Assembly (NCBI GenBank): GCA_965222075.1
Contig: OZ244937.1
Location: 3,392,001-3,456,000, forward strand
Origin: Candidatus Latescibacterota bacterium
Lineage (GTDB): Bacteria; Latescibacterota; UBA2968; GCA-2709665
Direction: 5' to 3'
DNA: 64,000 nt
Shown here one piece after another: positions 58,081 through 64,000 of the stretch. The translations under genes and the position numbers were made by a program. Under the pieces are notes generated by a model. The model saw only the letters and a program-made list of their open reading frames with translations. It did no database searches and had not been told where the DNA came from. How positions within the stretch are numbered: the stretch's first letter is position 1; every line of letters begins with the position of its first letter.

Positions 58081-58870
58081 CACTTTGCCGAAGTTCCAGG
58101 TCGTCCGACCTGCCTGTGCGTTGCACGCACGCAGACAGGTCAAGCGAGATGGTGAAGTCACACTTGACTGGCAACAGACCTGCCTGTGCGTTGCACGCAC
58201 GCAGACAGGTGCAAGATCAAGTCGACCACCAGATCATAGGGCAGATGAAATCCACTGAAGAAACGTTGAATCCTGCGATAGTTGGACTTCTGCTTGGCTT
58301 TGCCGTTGAGAACGTTGGCCAGTTTGCTGAAGTTCACTGTTGTCAGTTTGATGAGGGATAGGATGAACGCGCTGACCTGCCTGTGCGTTACCGCACGCTT
58401 GCCTGCGCGCAGCGCGTCTGCCTGTGCCGAAGGCAGACAGGCAAGCAGGCAGACAGGTGAATTTCACTCGGGCTTTATGCCAGAGAAAATGCCATTGCAT
58501 TACCTCTTGCAATTGGTTAACTTGGGGAGACATGGACCTGTGCCTTTCTTATGAATGAGTGGTTGGATTGTGGCCAACCCAAACCTAACTCATTTCATCT
58601 AAAAACGCAGGTCTTTTCTATTGAGTGTGTAGGAAATCGCGGGCGCTTTGAAAGGGCCTTCAGACAGCATAAATGCCTGCTCGACATTTCCCAAATCCCA
58701 TTTTGGCCCCTGAGGCTGCTCATTGAGACCAAACATCGAGGATACTTTAAATGTTTGGCCTGAAAAGCAAGAAAATTCACGATAACAAATTTCGTAAGTG
58801 ATTTTTTTTCAGACTGTTATTTCGCCTGTAAAATCCTACACACTCTTTTCTATTTTGTCGTGTACCTTGA
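58081..58870 (-). mobile_element. truncated IS4-family element with three palindromic inserts in the transposase
   Basis: removing the inserts restores HKARVKFISAFIL...SNYRRIQRFF...ISLDRTTWNFGK; probable end CAAGGTACACGACAAAA near 58870. Confidence 0.8.
58109..58457. repeat. CCTG...CAGG palindromic micro-elements: 58109-58139 and 58179-58209 (identical 31 bp) and nested 58376-58457
   Basis: CCTGCCTGTGCGTTGCACGCACGCAGACAGG, each inserted at GA^T. Confidence 0.9.
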
Positions 58871-58901
58871 TCCGGTCCATAAATCCCAAAACTGCCATGG
58901 C

Positions 58902-59006
58902 ACATAACGTTCTGGCCACTTGCGAACCCGCCGAGCACAGCGAAGGTGGGTTGCCGCTAGGCCGAAGGGAGCGAATGCGACCGAAGCGCAAGTGGACGTG
59001 TTACAC
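58902..59006 (-). other. attC site
   Basis: ACATAAC...GTTACAC with CCACTTGCG/CGCAAGTGG stem. Confidence 0.85.
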
Positions 59007-59067
59007 GCCGGCGCCTTGATAGCGAAGCTCATTTGGCGCAGGAGTTGCGCACCCGGCATCTCGCCAA

Positions 59068-59772
59068 TCAATCCCCAGCCAGCAGGAATCCGATCCGCCA
59101 TCTACCTTTGAGATACTCGAACTGGGCACGGTAGCCGATGGGGCTTCTACAATCTGAGGCCAAAACGTAACCAGAAACTCCATCCAAGGTCGTGACCCTC
59201 TTCCATTCTCTTCCGGCCTTGTCTCGCGGATTCGGCTCGTTCACATCTTTGACGATTTCGTAGCTCAGAGTATCAATTGCCGCTGAACTTAGGCTCATCT
59301 CGGGCCGCAGTGGAGCAGCCTCTGACTTGATAGCCGAATAGAAATAGGCGTCGTAAGCGTCTGGCCATCGAGAAAAGAAGTATGGAATTATGAAAACTGT
59401 GCAGCTGTCATTCTCACACGTCGCGCCAAGTGCCAGCAATTCCTCTAGGGTGCTCCACAACCTAGACTTCTTTGGCTTCGATCTCAGGTTCCAGTAATCG
59501 AGAAACCCTTCCCTTCCGAATCGTCCTCCGTAACTAACGTGAATATCTGGTTTCAGATGATCTAGGACAAAATCGAGGTCTTTCCGCTCAACGGCTGAGG
59601 CCAACTCTGAGCGAAAGTTACCGAAGGAGTCGCTGAGATAAGTTTCGTCAATCGGTAGCAGTCGAGTAACACCCGTACCTGCCAGGAGACTCAAGGGTAG
59701 GGCTATAACCAGGAACGTAGCTCTGAGTATCATGTCAAATCGTTGGTGCGAAGGTAGTTGGTTTGTCTTCAT
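59068..59772 (-). CDS. exported protein with C-terminal SH3b-like domain (cassette)
   Basis: signal-like hydrophobic stretch; W..V.T.DG..GYV...RSPIGYRA. Confidence 0.8.
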   Translation of the reverse strand: MKTNQLPSHQRFDMILRATFLVIALPLSLLAGTGVTRLLPIDETYLSDSFGNFRSELASAVERKDLDFVLDHLKPDIHVSYGGRFGREGFLDYWNLRSKPKKSRLWSTLEELLALGATCENDSCTVFIIPYFFSRWPDAYDAYFYSAIKSEAAPLRPEMSLSSAAIDTLSYEIVKDVNEPNPRDKAGREWKRVTTLDGVSGYVLASDCRSPIGYRAQFEYLKGRWRIGFLLAGD

Positions 59773-59807
59773 ACACCTGTCGGGTGCCTCCGACTTCCGA
59801 CGCTGGC

Positions 59808-59889
59808 GTGTAACGTTTCAGTGCCCCCGAACCGCGAAGCGGTTGGGCGAAGGGCCGAATGGCCCGAAGCCGGGGGCACAATGTTAGGC
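59808..59889 (-). other. attC site
   Basis: GTGTAAC...GTTAGGC with GTGCCCCCG/CGGGGGCAC stem. Confidence 0.85.
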
Positions 59890-59899
59890 GAAGTCTCCG

Positions 59900-60328
59900 T
59901 TACTGAAAGCGGACCACGCATTTGTATCGTTGAACACCCGGATATTTCTCGCCGAGAGGTTCTATTTCAAATCCACATGATCTGTAGAAGCCAACGGCAT
60001 CGTCGTCAGTTTCTGCCTCTAACTGGCCAAACCTCAGATCGTCACGAACGAACGCAATCAGTCTCCGTCCTATGCCTACACCCCTCCATTCAGGATGAAC
60101 GGCGATGTGGGTGATGATACACCGGCTTCGATCGGATGAATCCAAACGTACGATTCCAACGGGCGCGTCCTCGCATCTGGCAACCCATAACGTCGTGAGG
60201 GAGTTCGAAGTGCAAGACTGCATGAGCTCTCCAATAGCAGCCTCTGTGGGTGCACCAACGGACTCGGCAAGAATACTCGCCACATCCTTTGCGTCCGACT
60301 CATCAGCATGAAAACGATGGATCTGCAT
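59900..60328 (-). CDS. GNAT acetyltransferase (cassette)
   Basis: IAVHPEWRGVGIGR, ETDDDAVGFYRSCGF. Confidence 0.92.
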   Translation of the reverse strand: MQIHRFHADESDAKDVASILAESVGAPTEAAIGELMQSCTSNSLTTLWVARCEDAPVGIVRLDSSDRSRCIITHIAVHPEWRGVGIGRRLIAFVRDDLRFGQLEAETDDDAVGFYRSCGFEIEPLGEKYPGVQRYKCVVRFQ

Positions 60329-60340
60329 CTTGGAAATGTC

Positions 60341-60430
60341 GCCTAACGTCTCATGATTTGCGAACTCGCGAAGCGGGTTGCCGAAGGCCAAGGCGCGATC
60401 AGCGCCGCAGCGCAAATCGCTGTGTTACAG
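60341..60430 (-). other. attC site
   Basis: GCCTAAC...GTTACAG with GATTTGCG/CGCAAATC stem. Confidence 0.85.
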
Positions 60431-60458
60431 GAAGAGAGAAAGATACAGCCTGTGTATG

Positions 60459-60686
60459 TCAACTGGTGCTCTTGGTAGAGTCCTCCGGTCCCTCTGCCGC
60501 GTCCATAAACGACCGAAGAGCATTGTTTACGGCCTCGTCCGTGGGAAATGCCTTCGCAACGTCTGGGTGGAGTAGAACCAAATTTGTCCCTGAGCAAAAG
60601 GATTCCAAATACTTACCCCGGACACCAGGACCGAGATCTCCACGGCGATATTCTGGACGCAGTTCGTCTGGATCAGCCTTCTTCAT
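60459..60686 (-). CDS. BrnA-like antitoxin
   Basis: DELRPEY...GVRGKY...LHPDVAKAFPTDEAVNNALR; overlaps brnT. Confidence 0.85.
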   Translation of the reverse strand: MKKADPDELRPEYRRGDLGPGVRGKYLESFCSGTNLVLLHPDVAKAFPTDEAVNNALRSFMDAAEGPEDSTKSTS

Positions 60687-60945
60687 AGATCCTCCTTTCC
60701 TGACGCGTCATTAAACGTGCACTGATTATTCTCGTCTTTCCGGCTCGTTGGGTATGCAAGATGACTACCAATCGATTCAATCTCGACAGGCCAAAAGTAA
60801 GATATCGTTCTTCATCCACCGAGTGATCGGGATCGGGGAAGGTTATTGCCAGCGGGTCCCCAAAAACAGTGGCCCCTTCGTGAAAACTGAGGTCGTGTTT
60901 TCGCTCGTTCGCTTTGGCTTTTTCTGAATCCCATTCAAATTCCAT
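60673..60945 (-). CDS. brnT: BrnT family toxin
   Basis: FEWDSEKAKANERKH..F, DPDHS..EER, RIISAR. Confidence 0.93.
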   Translation of the reverse strand: MEFEWDSEKAKANERKHDLSFHEGATVFGDPLAITFPDPDHSVDEERYLTFGLSRLNRLVVILHTQRAGKTRIISARLMTRQERRIYEEG

Positions 60946-61026
60946 CAGTTGACGGCTTCCTCATCAATAACAGTAGCCCCAGTGTTTTATTATCCCACAG
61001 CAAAAGCGATTCTCTGTTCTCTTTTC

Positions 61027-61101
61027 CTGTAACGTCTGCCGGTTTGCAAACCTGCGAAGCGGGTTGCCAGAAGGGCCAAGGCGCGAAACGTGCTGTTATG
61101 G
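61027..61101 (-). other. attC site, partly deleted
   Basis: CTGTAAC...GTTATGG. Confidence 0.75.
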
Positions 61102-61156
61102 GCCGTGGCACGCAATAGCCTCATCGAAAGTTCATGAGGTGGTGGGTAACACGTCT

Positions 61157-61366
61157 CTAATCATGTAAGATCTCACCCGCCAATGGAGGGCGTACTGCTG
61201 AATCTTCCAGAGTCAGAACCGCAATGGTGGTGCCCTGAGTATCCACGAACTCTACCTCCGACGCCTCGTCGTCCGCATATCTATGTACCACTGTGCCCAC
61301 ATCTCCGGCCACCAGACCGTGCTCTACAATCGACTCCTTGAGAACCACCAGATCCAATTCAGCCAT
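61157..61366 (-). CDS. DUF4926-like small protein
   Basis: ELDLVVL...GL..GDVGTVV...EVEF...G.T.AV.TL; AAGGAGG RBS. Confidence 0.85.
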   Translation of the reverse strand: MAELDLVVLKESIVEHGLVAGDVGTVVHRYADDEASEVEFVDTQGTTIAVLTLEDSAVRPPLAGEILHD

Positions 61367-61381
61367 TTCAATCCTCCTTGA

Positions 61382-61714
61382 TCAAGCTGGATAGGCTGTC
61401 ACCAGACGAGGCCTATCTGAACCAGGTTCAACAATCCAGACCGTCCGAATCCGAACACTCGAACCCGATGGGGTTTTCACACGACCATCCAAAATATACT
61501 TGGTGCCATGACGTGTCTGTATAACTTCGGAGACCTGCTCATTGCGCGCAATGGATGCTAAATCAGCTTTGAGGACAGAGGGGTCCTCCTGCCCATACCC
61601 AACACCACGGAAGAATCTCGCCTTTGCTCGACCTACGGCATGTATATCGGAAAGCAGATATTGCTCGACTTTCTCAGTAGGTATCGCCACATTTATTCCG
61701 TTAGGCAACTTCAT
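61382..61714 (-). CDS. DUF6883-like putative toxin/nuclease
   Basis: MKLPN...YLL...H..G..KARFF...HGTKY...TVWI...PRLVTAYP. Confidence 0.85.
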   Translation of the reverse strand: MKLPNGINVAIPTEKVEQYLLSDIHAVGRAKARFFRGVGYGQEDPSVLKADLASIARNEQVSEVIQTRHGTKYILDGRVKTPSGSSVRIRTVWIVEPGSDRPRLVTAYPA

Positions 61715-61757
61715 AGAATCAGTATTTGTGAATCAGATCCAATTTTCACGCCAGGGC

Positions 61758-61850
61758 CCATAACATTTCGCCGGTTTGCGAACCTGCGAAGCAGGTTGCC
61801 CGAAGGGCCAAGCTGCCGCAGGCGGCGCAGCGCAAACCGCTGTGTTCTGG
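61758..61850 (-). other. attC site
   Basis: CCATAAC...GTTCTGG with GGTTTGCG/CGCAAACC stem. Confidence 0.82.
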
Positions 61851-62030
61851 GAAATTGGAATCCACTTGAAAATATGTCTAAATTCCTGCGCAATAAGTGT
61901 CAAGGCGTTGAACCGTGGCTATCGCGATATGCTGCCCAACTACGGTTTCATCGTCATTCCTGCCCCTCAGGCTATGCATAAGGGCGTCTGCGCAATCACT
62001 TGTTTGGTGACAAAACCGGAAAAACAAACA

Positions 62031-62984
62031 TCAAAACTGGACAACAAAATCAATGTACGGCACACCGGGGAAAAATGCTTCCTCTCCTATCATATTGATA
62101 AGCGCGAGGTCTACACTCAATCGTCTGCCAAAGAATCGCAGTCCATAAGAGATCAAGGTCTCGTCTACACCCGGAAAGATCCAGTTTTCCGAAACAAATG
62201 CTATCCGTCGAGTCAAGCGTTTCTCTCCGCCAACCATCACCATAGGATGATCTGCTAAATCTCGGTCGACAAAGCCATAACCGAGTCCTGCAGTCAGGCT
62301 TGCATCGGGTTGCCCAAACGTTATTACACCATACAATATGCCCACAACTGAGTACTCATCAGGGACACGCACAAGAAGCGCGCCCACGGAAAACTGAACG
62401 GGATCTTCTTGTACTAAACCAAATTTTGGCGCGAAAAAAAAGAGTTGCTCATCCATATCTACGCCGGGAAAGATAGAAACCCCACCTCCCAGTGTAAAAC
62501 GATCAGTTACCCCATAAGCAAATCCTGGAAAAAAGAGATAATAATCGGAAAAATAACCTCTGCCCTGTTCCAGCATACGCGCCGTAGGTGCAAAGAACAG
62601 GCGCGTTGTATTGGGATTTTTAAACCAGATCTCACCATCGTGTATCGAAGTAACAGGTACTGTTTCAATGTGTTTAATCTTTGAAATGGGAATGTGGATT
62701 ATGCCCAGGTCCGTCTCAAATGCAATCTCTTCATCACCAATCTGCACGATGCGTCCGACATTTGTCGATGCATCCATTGTCTCAATCACCTGAATATGAT
62801 TAGAATCGGGAATTGCCAACTGGGCCATTAGGCATGCGCTTTTAAGTTGCGTATCCTTCGCACGTTCTTCTGCAAAGGCAATACTCATGGCGTCCAGAGA
62901 AATCGTAGTCCAGGTGGAGAACAAGAGTAACCATAGCATCCGTGTGCCAACTACAGGGGTATCGATGCATACTTTAGGTACCAT
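62031..62984 (-). CDS. exported, probable outer-membrane beta-barrel hypothetical protein (cassette)
   Basis: signal-like N-terminus; NPNTTRLFFAPTAR; amphipathic strands; C-terminal Phe. Confidence 0.8.
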   Translation of the reverse strand: MVPKVCIDTPVVGTRMLWLLLFSTWTTISLDAMSIAFAEERAKDTQLKSACLMAQLAIPDSNHIQVIETMDASTNVGRIVQIGDEEIAFETDLGIIHIPISKIKHIETVPVTSIHDGEIWFKNPNTTRLFFAPTARMLEQGRGYFSDYYLFFPGFAYGVTDRFTLGGGVSIFPGVDMDEQLFFFAPKFGLVQEDPVQFSVGALLVRVPDEYSVVGILYGVITFGQPDASLTAGLGYGFVDRDLADHPMVMVGGEKRLTRRIAFVSENWIFPGVDETLISYGLRFFGRRLSVDLALINMIGEEAFFPGVPYIDFVVQF

Positions 62985-63029
62985 GAGATCTCATTCTTTC
63001 GAGAATACTGATGGCCGTTCTCCAATTTC

Positions 63030-63171
63030 CCATAACGTCTGACGGTTTGCGAACCCCGAGCTCGGTCGCTGAGCCTGAACCCTGAGCCTGTCGAAGGGTG
63101 TCGAAGCGTGTCGAGGGGTTGCCGAAGGCCAAGGCGCGAATGCGCCGTAGCGCAACACCGTGCTGTTAGAC
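63030..63171 (-). other. attC site with doubly nested insert
   Basis: CCATAAC...GTTAGAC. Confidence 0.82.
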
Positions 63172-63188
63172 GATCGCGGCGACCAACC

Positions 63189-63524
63189 TTATTCGCAGTT
63201 CTGCCTCTCGAAATTTCGAACAACCATTCCCACACACTCCGTGAAACCTTGCTTAACGTAGAAATCAGACACATCTCGGTCGCACACAAGGTCAATCATG
63301 TAAAAATGCCCAAACTCCTTGAGCATTCGCCTGACAAGCTCAGCTCCAATGCCCATACCATGGTAGTCGGGCAGTACACCGAGGTGAGGAATATATGCAC
63401 AGGACACACCATCCGAGATGGCAGAAATCCAACCGACGACCTCTCCTTCTGGCGAAATAGCCAGAACAAAGAAATCGCTGCCCTGCAAAATTCTAAGATG
63501 CGCCTCTGGGGAGGGAGGATTAGG
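63189..63524 (-). pseudogene. GNAT acetyltransferase cassette gene, 5' end cut by the IS
   Basis: PNPPSPEAHLRILQGS...AISDG..AYI..L.VLPDY.G.GIG; frame runs into the IS end. Confidence 0.8.
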
Positions 63525-64000
63525 CCTTAAATAAGCGAGTTCCTTAAATAAGCGAGGTTTTGTTGTTTGCTGAACAGAAAGGCCATTTTGTGTTACGATT
63601 TGGTTGATAGAAGTATCCGTGCTGCCTAATATGGTGCGCGGGAGGTCGTTCTGGCGTTTGTTGAGTGTTTGTTGGAGTGGTAAAGCGAACCGTTATTTGT
63701 CGGGTGGGCGTATTTGTCCGTTGCGTCGCCGTGGGCGTCGTGGGTCCCCTGGTACAAGGTCACGGTTCGTGCCGGTGTCAGGTGAAGCCGGTTCGTTCGA
63801 TGGTAGCCCAAGCGCTCAAGAGTCTTTTCAGGGATGGCTGATAGCCGATGATGCGCACCCTCGTGCTTCGGGCGTGTCGCACGACACGACAGGGAAACAG
63901 GATGATGTGTGTGAGGAAGGTCCGAAAGTCCATACGGATATATTGTCGGCGATGGTTTTTTTGATGCATCATCAGGGCAAACCACGACTTGATGTTCCAG
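63525..64000 (-). mobile_element. IS1380-family element, 3' end (continues beyond window)
   Basis: terminal CCTTAAATAAGCGAG present twice; transposase C-terminus. Confidence 0.75.
63778..64000 (-). CDS. IS1380-family transposase C-terminus (partial)
   Basis: WNIKSWFALMM...MDFRTFL..II..PCRVVRHAR...RIIGY. Confidence 0.75.
   Translation of the reverse strand, partial: WNIKSWFALMMHQKNHRRQYIRMDFRTFLTHIILFPCRVVRHARSTRVRIIGYQPSLKRLLSAWATIERTGFT

Larger units (their letters stand above)
54747..63524 (-). mobile_element. integron-type gene cassette array (10 attC sites; intI/attI not in window)
   Basis: co-oriented short ORFs separated by related AAC...GTT palindromic sites. Confidence 0.88.

Overview
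High-GC bacterial window; the gene content suggests a Latescibacterota-like heterotroph, but that is inference only. It has four parts. (1) 0.1-13 kb: moaA, a nitrite/sulfite reductase, a ferredoxin, the selenoneine genes senA-senB divergent from a putative selenate ABC transporter, then trmB and pdxH. senB is split by one in-frame TGA followed by a SECIS-like hairpin. (2) ~13.57-33.70 kb: a decayed genomic island at the 3' end of tmRNA (ssrA, 33700-34064, tag ANDNSYALAA). It holds a broken type I R-M operon with an intact two-gene insert, integrase/AbiEii/IS debris and a small cassette array. (3) 34-53.6 kb: metabolic and glycan-catabolic genes, plus a candidate structured RNA at ~42.1 kb. 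(4) 53.6-64 kb: an integron-type cassette array with 10 attC sites and no integrase in the window, cut at the right by an IS1380-family element. The most unusual signals are the UGA/SECIS-like site in senB, cassettes with extended terminal inverted repeats, and 25-33 bp palindromic elements that insert without target duplication and nest inside each other. All calls come from reading the sequence by eye; no database searches or folding programs were run.
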